IMG/VR virus record: IMGVR_UViG_3300042334_001174
Span: 1-43,237 of that record
Length of the DNA: 43,237 bases
Direction: 5' to 3' (one strand)
From: a virus
Taxonomy: Duplodnaviria; Caudoviricetes
Below the pieces are notes generated by a model. It saw nothing but the letters and a program-made list of their open reading frames with translations, made no database searches and was not told the origin of the DNA. Below are positions 26,801 to 38,800 of this stretch, piece by piece (position 1 is the first letter of the stretch; each line of letters opens with the position of its first letter). A program made the position numbers and the translations under genes.

Positions 26801-29800
26801 AGGCGGGCCTCGCGGGTGAGGAACTGGAACGCCTGCCCAAGTACGGCCTGCTCGTCCACGTCGAGGAGCTTGCTTTCTTCGGCCATGTCGGCGGCCCACT
26901 GCACGTACTTCTCGGGGTCGCTCTCGAACGTCTTCTTGGCCCATTCGCGGAGCTTGTCGAGTTGCACGGTTTCCGGCCCGCCTAGCTGGTCGCGGGCGGC
27001 TGTCAAAGCCTGATACACGGCGCGGGCTTCGGGATACTCGAACTGTTTGGACAGGTTGCGCGCCGACATCTTGCCACTTGCCTGCACGGCGTCGATGGCG
27101 TCGGGGTCGTTGCGTAGCGCCTCCCTGGCGGCGGCCTCCTCCTCGGCTAGGCGTTGCTGCTCTGCCATGAAGGCGGCCAAGTCTGGGTCGGCCTCTTCGT
27201 CGGCCTCGGGCTGGCTGGCCTCTTGGCTGGCTGCCGGGCCGCCTTCGGGGGCGGGCGGGTTGCGGAGGATGGATTGGCTGGCGGGGTTGAAGCGTTCGGA
27301 GAGAGGGATGACTTGGCCGGACTCGTCGCTGGAGGTGTTTGTCCAGCGTTCCATGACTGCCTGAATGCTTTCCCGGAGTTCAAAGCGAGCCTTGGAGCGT
27401 TCACGCGAGGTGTCTTCGTCCAGGTTGCGGGCGTTCTTCAGTCGGTCGTCGTAGTCGGTGTAGTTGTGGCGGGCGTAGGCTTGGGCGACAAGGAAGGTGT
27501 CCGTGTTGTCTGTGTTGCGCGTTTTGGCGATGTCGATGGCTTCCTCGCGGGTCATGCCGGGGAAGTCGCGCTGTAGTTTTTCGACAAAGGACGGCTGGGC
27601 TAAAATCTCCAGCTTGGGAATATCGTCCCAATCTCCAAAGCGATCTTTGCCGCGTGTGGTGTCCCCGGTGTAGTAAACGAGCCTCTTGTCTTCGGACGAC
27701 TCTTTGACATACATTTTGACCGCATCGTGCAAGGATAGGGTCACTTGTTCTTCGTCCATCCAGCCTGATTCTCCATCGTTGGTTTCGACGGCGTAATATG
27801 GCTGCTCTGCATCCCAGGTATCGCGGTCTTTGGAATCTACAGTTGGAACTTGCCACCATGATCCGGGCGCTTCTTCCCAGATGTCTGAGATGTTGCGCGG
27901 CACATTTCCCCATGAGGCATCTTGGTAAACGGTCAGTTCTTTGTCGAGATGGGCATTATAACCATTGTCCGAATCTTCGACATCTTCAGCTAAAAAGGTT
28001 TTGTCTCTAATAGAGATTTCCCACTTTTTGCCAGCAAACTCTACGGTGATCGGGGATTGGTCGGCATCAAAGTCGGCGACTGGACGAGGATCAATCTCCT
28101 CGTCGTATTTTTTTAACAAACGCTGATATAGGGTCTCGGTGTCGGTGGCATCCCGCCCCGCCGTGACGGCCTGCCCGGCGGGCGGCAGGGCTAGGCTGGC
28201 GGGCTGGCCTTCGTCGGCGGGCTTGGTAATTGTCACCATCTGAGTACGCACGCCTGTCTGGCGGAAGGCGTCGGAGCCTGCGAAGCTGCCCTCTGGCATG
28301 GCCTCATGGCTGCCGCCTACGCTGTCCAGCCACTCACGGAAGGCCGTAGCCTGCTTGTCTTGGCGGTAGAATGGCCCGGCGGACATGATGGCGACGAGCT
28401 TGCCGCCCGGTTTCAGGAACTTATAGGCGTGCCGGATGTGCTCCATATCCTGCCCGTTCTCAAAGGGCGGGTTCATCACCACGGCATCATATTTTGGCTC
28501 TGGCTCTACGCTGGTAAAGTCGTTGTCGATGACGTTGACGCCTTTAGCGGTGAGGATGTCGCGGAGGCGGTTGGAAAGCTCGATAGCGTCCACCTCGGCC
28601 CCAGCCTCCTGCATTGCCTCGGCAATGTCGCCTTTGCCTGCGCTTGGCTCCAGTACCTTCATGCCGGGCTCAATGCCTGCTATACCCACCATCTCGTCAA
28701 TGACGGCGCGGGGGGTGGGGAAGAAGCCGGGTAGCTTCATGCCGACTAGCTCGCGCTCCATCTTTTTGATGGGGTCTTCTTTGGCTGCTTGGCCTCGGTA
28801 TTGCAGGAACTCGCGCAGGGCAGCCCGCAGGCTTGGCAGGTTGGTCAGGCCCATGGCCTTGAGGCGGTCGTACGTCTCGTACTTCCACTTGATCGTGTCC
28901 CAGACGGGCTTGCCGCGCTCGGTGACTTTCTGGGCGAGTTCCTTCACATCGTCCATTTCGGAGTCGGAGCGCAGGGTTACGGCTTGCCCTTCGTTCTCGT
29001 TCATGCGGATCTTTGCCACGCGCTCGGCCAGCAGCTTCGCGCCGGGCGTTTCACGGCCTTTCTCTACCAATCGCAGTATATCGCCTTTGTCGAGGTATGG
29101 GTATGGAATGCGGGTGGCATCCATCATCTCCGCCGTCGGGCCTCCTGCCTCGGTCTTTTCGCGGTCCATCATGCCCATCTTGCGGTCACGAATCCAATAC
29201 GTCATAGCTCCACGCGCCATACCGTCCAGTGTCTCCACATGCGTTCCCATCCGCACGCCGTCTAGGTGCGTGGCCTCGCCTGATTCCATGGCGGCGGCTA
29301 GGTTGCGCATCGTCTGGGCCATGGCTTTCATCCCTCGGGCCGTGGCTTCTTGCCCGGCGGCCTCGCGGGCACGCTTGGCGGTGTTGGTCTTGCGGTCGGC
29401 GTTCAGGATGCCATCAGCCTTGCCATCCAGAACCTCAGCCACGGCGGTCAGGCGGCTGGCGGTGGCGGACTTCTTGGCCTCCTGGCGTTCCTGAATCTGC
29501 TCTTTCTGGTCCACTGTCTCGCCTTTGGATACGGCAATGAAGTTCTCGGCGGCGGCTCGGGTGGTGAACTGGAAGCCGGGCACGGCTCCGCCCTTGGCGT
29601 AGGACGAGTAGTAGCCGCCGAGTTTCTTGGAGGCGGCGTTGAGGCTGTCGTAAACGGGGCGCTCCACACGTTCGGAGAGCTTCACCACAAAGAGGTCGTG
29701 GCCTTTCTGTGTGTGCTTTGTTTCGATGATGTCGGCCTCTACGCCGGATGCCACGCCATAAACGCGGGCCTTGGCCTCTGTGCGGGCCTGCTCTTGGGCC

Positions 29801-32800
29801 TTGCGGTCGATGCCACGCACGGCGTCGTAGGCGGCTAGTTGCTCGGGAGTGAGCACGGACTCGCCTTTCTTGCGCACGGCATCATTACGGGCCTGTGAGC
29901 TTTTGAGCTTCAGAACTTCCTTCACTTCTGCCTCGCTCATGGCTTTGCGGCCTGTGCTCCACACAAAGCGGTCCCATTCCTCGGGCGTTTCCGGGTTGGT
30001 GAGTGCCTTCTCTTTGGCTGCCTTGCTGGCCTCGGCAGCCTCGCGGCGGGCCTTGGCTTGCTCCACAATCATTTCGTCGGTCCACTTGGCTACTTTCTCG
30101 TCCATCGCGGCGTCTTTGTTGGCTTGGAAATCGCCACCATAAGAGTAGGAAATGGAATCGTCAGGATTGAAGTACAGATCCAGTGTGCTTAGCACGCTTT
30201 CAGCAATCGAAGCCTTGCCGTCTGACTTGCGGGCGCTCATGCCTGCCATGGGCAAAAGCTCGTCCACTTTCATCTTGTTGAGGTCGGCCAAGATGGCGGG
30301 GCGCTGGGCTTTGAGTTGAGCCCATGCCGTGCGGACCTGCTCGGCGGTCACTTCGCCTTTGCGGAGCTGGGCAATGAAGGCGCGGGCGCTGTCAAAGCCT
30401 GTTATAGGCTTCACCTGCCCGCCCTGCCCTTCGGGGGCTGGCGCTTGGGCAGGCTGGGCCGCCTCTTGGCCCGGCTGGGCTGCGGCCTGTTTGGCGGCGT
30501 TGATAGCCTCCCATGAGGTAGGGTCGTTCTCGCGGTCCCATTTGGAAACAGCCTCATCCACCAATTTATCGGCTATGGCTCCAAGCGCCCTTTCGTGGGC
30601 GTTTTGTTGCTGTTCCCACTCGGACAGTTGGGAGTATCCTTTTTCGGTCAATTTGGCCTCTTTGGTTTTTGTCACCCATCCTGCACGGATGCCTACGGCC
30701 AAGCGGGCGGGCGTGAGCTTGTCTGGTTTGTAAGGTTTGCGGTTTGCACGATCACGCAAGGCTTGCAGGGTTTCTAGGTCGTCTGGGGCTGGTGGTGGAA
30801 GGGACGGATCTTTGCCGGCAAAGACACGGGCGGCCTCGGCTGCCTCTTCTCTGGTCTGGCCCGGCTGGGCGGGCGGCTCGGCTGCCGGGCTGGCAGAGGC
30901 TAGGCGGCGTTGATTCTCCTGGGCGAGGGCAAGTGCTCGGGCCTTGGTGGCTGGGCTGGCGTAGGGCTTGAGGGCAAGCGGGCCAAGGCGTAGAAGCTCG
31001 CGGCCAAGCTCTTCCTCGGTGAGGTCGGCAACGGGGTTGCTGGTGGCGTGGTATTCGGTGATAAACTTAGCGAATGCGTCCTCGCTGGCCTTGACGCCTG
31101 CCGGGAGTTTTTGGCGTGTCCATGCCTCCCAGATGGCTCGGGAGCGTTTGTTGTCAGGGTGTAGTAGGTTAGTCCATTCGCCGGTTTCGATAGCCTCCAT
31201 CATCTTTTCGCCATTCTTGACGGCCACATCCTCTGGAATGCTATAGTCGCGGTAAAACTGTGCAAACCTCTCCGCCGTTGGCTTGAACGGCTCTTGCGGC
31301 GGCAGGGTGAACTTTTCGGCCTTCTTCTTCTCGGGCCGTACTTGGCCTGCCATGTTCATAGGCCGGGGCTTGGCCGCCTTTGGCGCTGCCGGGCTGGCCT
31401 CTGCCGTGACAGGCGGGGCCGGGCGGGCGGTAGAGTAGGCTGGCGCTCCGTTCACGCGCATAGGCATAAGCACAAACAGGGCCTTGCCTGCCCGCAGGGT
31501 GGCGGGGCTTACGTCGTCGCCAATGCGTAGCTCAATCTGCTCGTTGCCAAGGTTGCGGGCTACGCGCAGGACGGTCTGGAAGTAGTCGGGGCTGTAGGCG
31601 GCGAGAATTTTGGCCTCGGGCTGGATGTTGTGGGCGTAGTCGCCTCGGTTGATGTCGCTAGCGAATAGGCCAAGGCTGCCGTCTGGGTTGCGGTAGAGGG
31701 AGACGGCTTTGGAGGCTGTGCTACTTTCATTTGGCAGTTCTTTGATAATAGCTCGGGCTTGGCTCATCAGGCTGAACCAGCGGGCGGTGTCGAGGGTGTA
31801 GGGCGTGAAGGCTTTGTCATCGGGGATGATTGCCTCCATCGTTGGATTTTGTTCACCTTCGGGCCATGGCTGCGCATTACCTTTTTCGTCATAGACGATA
31901 GCCTCTTGGCCTTTACCTCCGCCATTTTCATGCTCTACACGCACAGCAAAGCGGCCATTGGTTGCCCAAAGGTAAGCGCCTTCACCTTTTACTTTTTGCA
32001 AACCTTCGCCGCGTGTCGTGTCCGTGGACACCATCGGGAACACCGCCGCCACCACGTCCGCCGTGGTCTTGGCCTTCTTGAGGGCTGGCACCGCTGTAGG
32101 GGCCTGGGCCGTGGGCTTGGCTGGCAGGTCGTCCTTGGCCTGCGAGACGGGGAACTTATCGGCCTTCTTCTGGAAGCGGTAGAGGGCTTCTTTCTCGTTC
32201 AGGATGGTGAACGTACCGTCGCCGGGCACTTCAATGGTGACGTAGCCAATCAGGCGCTCGGCATCTGCCTTGGCGGCGGCTAGTTCGCTTGCATACGTCT
32301 TGCGCTCCTCTTCGTTGAGGCTGTCCCAATTACGAAACTTGTCCTCAAGGTTGGTAATCGCGTCCTTCTGTTCCTGTGTCATGTCCGCCCGCTTTGGCGC
32401 GGCCTTCACGGCGGCAGCCACCTCGGCTAGTAGGAACTTCTTCTGCCCCTTGGCGGCGGCGGCATCGAACGGCGCGGCCTGCTTGGCTGGCTCAGGCATG
32501 GCGGCCTCTTCGGCTACGGCCTCGGCCTGGGCTGGCGTTACGGAGGCTGGGAGGGCCGGGACTTCTTCGGCAGTCTCTTCCTCTTTGATAAGCATTTGAC
32601 TGTCGCCAAACGGAACGCCATTCAAAACCTGCTGGTCTGTGAGCTTGTTGACGCTGTAAAGCCCATAGAGTGAATCGCCGATTTTGAACAATCCTGGCAG
32701 AACCTTCGTTACGGGCGCATTGCCTCCATAGTAGGCGCGGAACCACTTACTCACCATTTCAGCAGTGACGGGGACGTTTGCCTCTGCGGTGGTAGGCGCT

Positions 32801-35800
32801 TCTGGCGAGGTTGCTGGCGGCATTGTCGCCTTGAGGCGTGCAATCAACTGAGGGGCTAAACTTTTGGCGGTGCCTTTGTAGTTCGGGTTAGCCAATAGGT
32901 CGATCAAGTAGCCTTTGGCGTCGTCGGATGCGGTTCCTGCCTTGAGGTCTTTGAGGGCTGCTGCTCGGCTGCCGTCTGAGTTCTCCGAGGCAAAGAATCT
33001 ACTCAAGTCCGCCCAAAGCGTCTGGTCGGCCTTGGCAGCCACGGGGGCTGGGCTGGCCTGATACACGGCCTGCCAGTCGGGCTTTTCTTCCAGTGTGGAG
33101 TCAAAGCCGGTCATCAGCCGCCAAAAGGCCCGGCTGTATTGCCGGAGCTGCCCGCCTGGGGCTAGCTTGTCGAGGCGGGCGGCTAGCTCGGCTGGCGTCT
33201 TCACGCCTGCGTCAACCAGCACAGAGGCCGCCTTCATCATGGCGTCTCGGCGGTCGCGTGGTAGGTCGGTTTGCTCTAGGCTGCCCTGCGGGGGAAGTCG
33301 GAGGCTTGCTTGATTGCTTCCTGTAGAATCAAGTCCTCCACTTCCTCCTGATCTTTGATTTTGGATACCTGTTGGAACAACCGATCCAATTCGGTCGTTG
33401 AGGGTTCCGCGTTTGTTGAGTTCTCGGAGGTAAGAGTCATAAGATTCTGGGGTGTTGCCTGCTTTTCGGATGGATGCCGCCCACATAGCGGCTTGAACTT
33501 GTCTTGGCTGCCAGCCTAGCACGTTTGCTATCTGTGTTAACACTTGCTGGCCTTTTTGAAACTGTTTTGCTGTTGGTGAATCAACGCCAAAAAGCATCCT
33601 TGAGATATGCCGATCGACAACAACGACCTCGTCGGCTCCGGTGTTGGCCTGTTGGTATGCTGCAATCTTTTGGCCTTGGACCTGGGCGGCGTCTTTGACC
33701 CGTTGCAGGTTTTTAATCACCGCAGGCAAATAGCCTTCAAAGGGTGCGCCTGTTTTGAGTTGGACATACGCTTTCAGGGCCAGCCCTACGTTTGCCTTAA
33801 CTGAGGCCGCTTGGGAGGTGACAGAAAGGATTCTTTGGAAAAGGTCTGCATCGACACCAAAAAACTCGGTGAGCGTGTCTTCGTGGCGCTGATACCAGTC
33901 TTTCCAGTCAGAAGAGTCTTCGGTAGCTTTAATCAACTGGGCCCTTGTCTGTTTCAGACGCAGCCCGCTAGGCGGCAGAAACAGGCCGGTGAAGGCCTCG
34001 GCAAGTGCCTTGTCGGCTTCATCGGTCTGGCTGGCCTGGGCTGGCTTTGCCTGCGGGGCGGGCTGGGCCTCGTTCTGCGCGTAAGCGGCTTTGAGTTTGG
34101 CGCTCGCAGTATCTAGGTCCGCTTGTCTGGACGCCTTCTCTTGCGCGTATTCTTTCCGCAGTTTGTCAACCTTGTCGGCGCTTTTCCCGCCCCCCACACT
34201 TGGGTACTGCAAACTTTCTAGGCGTTTACGCGCATTACGCTCGGCCTCCTCAAGAGGTCGCGTGTTAATTAGCCCGGCAGCCTCCGGCCCGGCCTGTATC
34301 TCCAGCCCGGCCTTGGCGGCCATGTCGGCCACGATGGCCTGCACGGCGTCTGCCTCGGCCTCAATGCGGGCGGCTTGGGCCTTGTCGGTGACAAGTTTGG
34401 CGATGTCGCGGAGCTGGGCCACGAAGTCGCGGAGCAGGGCAAGCAGGCGGTCGCGGAAGGCCGGGTCTTGGCTGGCCTCGATCTCGGCTTGGTTGCTGAT
34501 CTTGCCGCGAAGACGGGCTTCGACTAGCTGGGCAAACCATTCATGGGCTGCGGCAAACTCCTTGTCATCCTGCCAGAAGTCGGTAAGGCCACTGTCGGAG
34601 AGGTAGAGGGCCTTGCTGGCGGCCTTGGCCTCGGGGGTGAGAAGGTTGTAAAGGCCAATGATCTTGGCTCCATCCATGTTACCGATGGCGGCCTTGTGGA
34701 TGAACTCATGCAGAATGAACGTGTCCATGCCTTCGCGGGCGGCCTCGGTGGTGGCGTGCTTGGCGGTGAGGCGGTCAATGAGCTTTTCAGGGTTGATGAA
34801 GAGGATGCTGCCCTTTCTGCCCACTGGCTTGACTTCCAACTCTCCGCTCTTTTCGCGCAGTTCTTTGGCGTAAACGTCATAGTCCACGGCCCCTGTCATG
34901 GCCTTGAGCCTAGCCCGCAGGCGCTTGGCAAGGTCGAGCTTGCGGCCTGCCAAATCCTTGGCGGCCTTGTCTGGCCTGCCGACGAGGCTTTGGCGGACGG
35001 TGGCCTCATACTCGGCTAGGACGGCCTCTGCCCGGCCCTCTGGCGTGGCTGGGCGGGGCGGCTGGGCGGGCTGGCTATCAAATCCAGGGAATCCACCTTT
35101 AACCGCCTCTTTTGTGGCAGCGTCTTCGGTGGATTTCACAAGAATTTTTGCCGCATCTTCCGCTGAGTATGAGCCTTGCCCGTTGGCGAGATACAACCAC
35201 CCGTCAGAGCCGATGGATTCAATCTTGAAGACTGGGCCTTTCCCGTTAGCGCGGACAAAATCGCCCACTTTGAACGCCTCCGCCTGCCCGGCTGGCTGGG
35301 CGGGCTGGGCCTTGGCTTGGCTGGCTTTGGTGGCCTCGTATTCCTCCACAGTGTCTCTAAGTTCCCAAGCCATTACACCCCAGCGAAATTCAAATGTGTC
35401 ACGCCCTGGCGATATTGTTACCTTCTCTCCTGTTTCTGGATCTGTTTTTTCGACGCGCTTAAACTCGCCTGATTTTGTAATCAGCCCTTCTTTTTTGAGT
35501 TCACGGACTATCTCGGCACCACGTTTATTCCTTGTGGCGATCTCAATAATCTCCTTGTCCGTATATTTGTTCTGCAAATAACTAAATACGCCATCTTCAA
35601 GGCTGGTGGCCTCCGCCTGCCCGGCTAGCTGGCTGGCTGGGGCCGGGCTGGGGGCGGGGCGGTAAACGTAGAGGTCGCCTTCGCGGGTGTAGCCCTCGGG
35701 GAGGGCGATGCCGTAGGCGTCCACGGCGGCAGCGTTGACGGGGCTATTTGCTTTGGTGGCATCTGCGAGAATGCGCTTGTGGAAACTTGCCACCAATGCC

Positions 35801-38800
35801 TGCCCGGCTGCCGTCTGGCTTCCGATTCTCTTTGTTGGCAGTTCCTTTTTTGCTATCGCGATTATCTCGGTGCCTATGCCGCGCCGCTGGTATGCGGGCT
35901 CCACTACAAACGCTTTACCGTCGCCATACCCCACGTTTTTTTCGCCGTCGAAAGCGTGGACTCCACCGTATTGATCTGTGAGGAAGTCGATACCGTTTAC
36001 GGACGAGACTTGTGTTTTGTTTTTGCGCGTCTCATTGAATTGGTGGTCTGCAAAGTAGTCGGCAGGCAGTCCACGGTCTTCATTTTCATCAAAGTGATTG
36101 TTTCTCCACTCCTCCGGCGTCATCTGCTCAGGCGGCTTGGCGGCAGGCGCAGGCTGGCTGGCCTCTTCCTGCCCGGCCTGGGCGGGTTGGCGGAGTTTAT
36201 TTAATTGCCGCAGGAGCACCTGTTTATCTGGATATGGATGCCCAAGCCCGCGTGTCAAATCAGCGTGAAGATCGTTTAGTTCGTTTTTATCCATGCCGAG
36301 AAGATCGGCATCGCTAAGTGATTGCAGCCTTTGCTCTGCTTCTGTCTGTCTTGCAACTTTCGCGTCTCTCGACTGTTGGGCTAATTCCCCTAGTTGAATA
36401 GATTGATTCGTTACGCGCCTAAATTCTTTAGCCTCCTCGGTCTGGCCGCCTTGGGGGCGGGCTTGTGTCTGGGCTGGCTCTGGCCTGGCCTCGACTGGCG
36501 CGGCCTTGGCTTGGCTGGCGATGAACTCGGCCAGTGTGGGCGGCGTGAATGCCTCGCCTACTGCCACGGCCTTGGCCTGCTCGCGGACGGCGGCGGTGTA
36601 ATATGTGAGGATAGAGCGCAATTCTGCCTCTGGAATGCCCATCTTGGCAGACACGCGGGCGAGTTTGTTCTTGGCGGCTTCCCTCTCAGCGGCCATCTGT
36701 TGATCGGATAGGTTGCGGCCTGACATGGCTTTACCCATCTTGGCGGCGTAGTCGTAGGCGTCGGCGTCTGTATCGCTTTGGAAGTTGGCGTATGAGCTTC
36801 CACCCTTCGCACCTTTGCCGAATGCCCGGCGGGCGCTTGGCGGCGATTGCTTGGGCTTCTTGGCGGCCCTGGCCTTCTGCTCGGGCGTGGCGCGGGCCTC
36901 TTGGGCGGGGCTTAGGCCGGTTGGCGAAGCTGCTGGTGCAGGGGTGGAGCTCGTAATGAATCTTTCAGCGACCTTGAATGTCCTGCCGCCTTGAGTGAGC
37001 GCGGGGTGTTTCCACTCGCCATCCTCGTAAACAGGATCTCCTGTAATGGTAATATCGCCCTCACTGCGGTACACGTCAGATTTGATGATTGCACCTTTCC
37101 CAAGTTGCTTGGCGGGGGCGGGCTCCGCCGTAGGTGCTGGCGTGTCGTTGGCAGCATCAGCCTCGGCGGCGGCCTTTGCAAAGGCGCTGGATGTGCGAGC
37201 GGGAGCGGCTGGCGCGGGTGTCGGGGTGGTTGCAGGCGAAAGAGTTGAACTTTCGTTTTCTGATAATGAGTCAGATGTCTTAACCTCTGGACCAGCCTGC
37301 GGTGTGGATTCTGCCTTGGCAGGCGCGGCCTGTCCAGCCTTTTTCTTGGCGGGCTGGTTGAGTTGGCGTGCCACTTCGTCGGCTTTGCTGTAAAGCTCTA
37401 CGATGATGTCGGGACGCAGTTTGTGGACCTCTCTGCGGATAGCCTCAAGTTGTCCAGCGTTGGCGTCATTGACAAGAATGGCGCTCACGGATGCCATATC
37501 TTTGATGCCTTTCCCCTTTTTGGATTCTGCGGCTGATTGCACCAAAATAAAGGGGCCATCTCTATAAGAGGTTCCTCCACCAGTCGTGCCAGCCATCGCT
37601 GCTGCTGATCCCTTTCCTACTGTAAGAGGAGCCACATCGAGCCCCCCTGGCTCTACACTGCCACGCTTGCCGCGAGTGGGATCTACATTGTTTTGCAGCA
37701 GCCCCATAAGAGCGTCGAACGCTCCTGATAGGGTGCCATACTTCGCCATTCCGTGTGTGGCAAGGTTTTCACCTCCTACACTGTGAGCACGCTCAAAGGC
37801 GGCGTTCACATCTTCGTTTGCCATGCCTTCTTCAAACCACTCGTCTGTGGCTCTGCGGCGAACCTTGCCTTTTTCTGTCCAATCCCAATCTTCGATTTCG
37901 GACGGCCTCGCTTTCTTGGTTGGCGATGCGGCTGGCTTGGCCTTGGCGGCGGCCTCTTCGGCGTCGATCTGGGCCTTTCGCTCGGCCTCGGTGAGGTTGA
38001 CCAAGCCCGCCAAGCCTTCCTGGGCCTCGTCTGTCAGCCACTCGGCGGCGGCGTTGCGGAGGACTGGCTTGTCTTTATAGAGGTAAACGAGGGGTGTTAC
38101 TTTGGTGTCTGGCGTAGGCTTGCCGCCCTTGTTGATGAATCCAAGCGCCTCCTGCTCCTCAATGTCGAGGCTTTCGAGACTCTGGCCCTGGGCGATCTTG
38201 ACCACGCCTGCGGCGGCCTGCCTAGCCACGGCGGCAGGCGGGCGGCCTGTGCGCTTGGCGGTGGCAGCCACGGATTGCGGGAGGGGAGTAGCGCCTGTGG
38301 GGTTGAACTTGGCGATTTGATTGGCAATCGCTTTAGATATTGCAGTTGGCGCAGTCAGCCCAGCCTCGGCGGCGGCGGCGACATCTTGCGGTCTAGGCCG
38401 AATAGGGGCAACTAATCCCGCTTGTGCAGCGGCTTCTATCGGATTGGGTCGTTTAGGAGCGACCAAACCAGCTACAGTAGCGGCTTCTATCGGATCTTGT
38501 TCTGTAAGCGTCTCGGGCGCTGGCGTCGGAGCCGGGCCAGCCTCGCGGGGCTGAACTGGCATAGGCGCCGGGCCTTCTTCCGGGTTTGGCGCCATGCCAG
38601 GGCCTTCGGTGCCTGCTTGGCGGCGGGCCTGCATGAGCGCGCCTGCACCGCCCATGAGGGCTGTGACGCCTGCCAGTTCGGGTAAGGTGTTGGCGAAGTT
38701 TTTGAAGGTGGCGACGGGATCGGCAGAGGCTGCGGACTCTTGGAGGACAGTGGTAAAGTATTCGTCGGCGATTTCTTCGGGCAATTCTTCGGCAGCCCCT

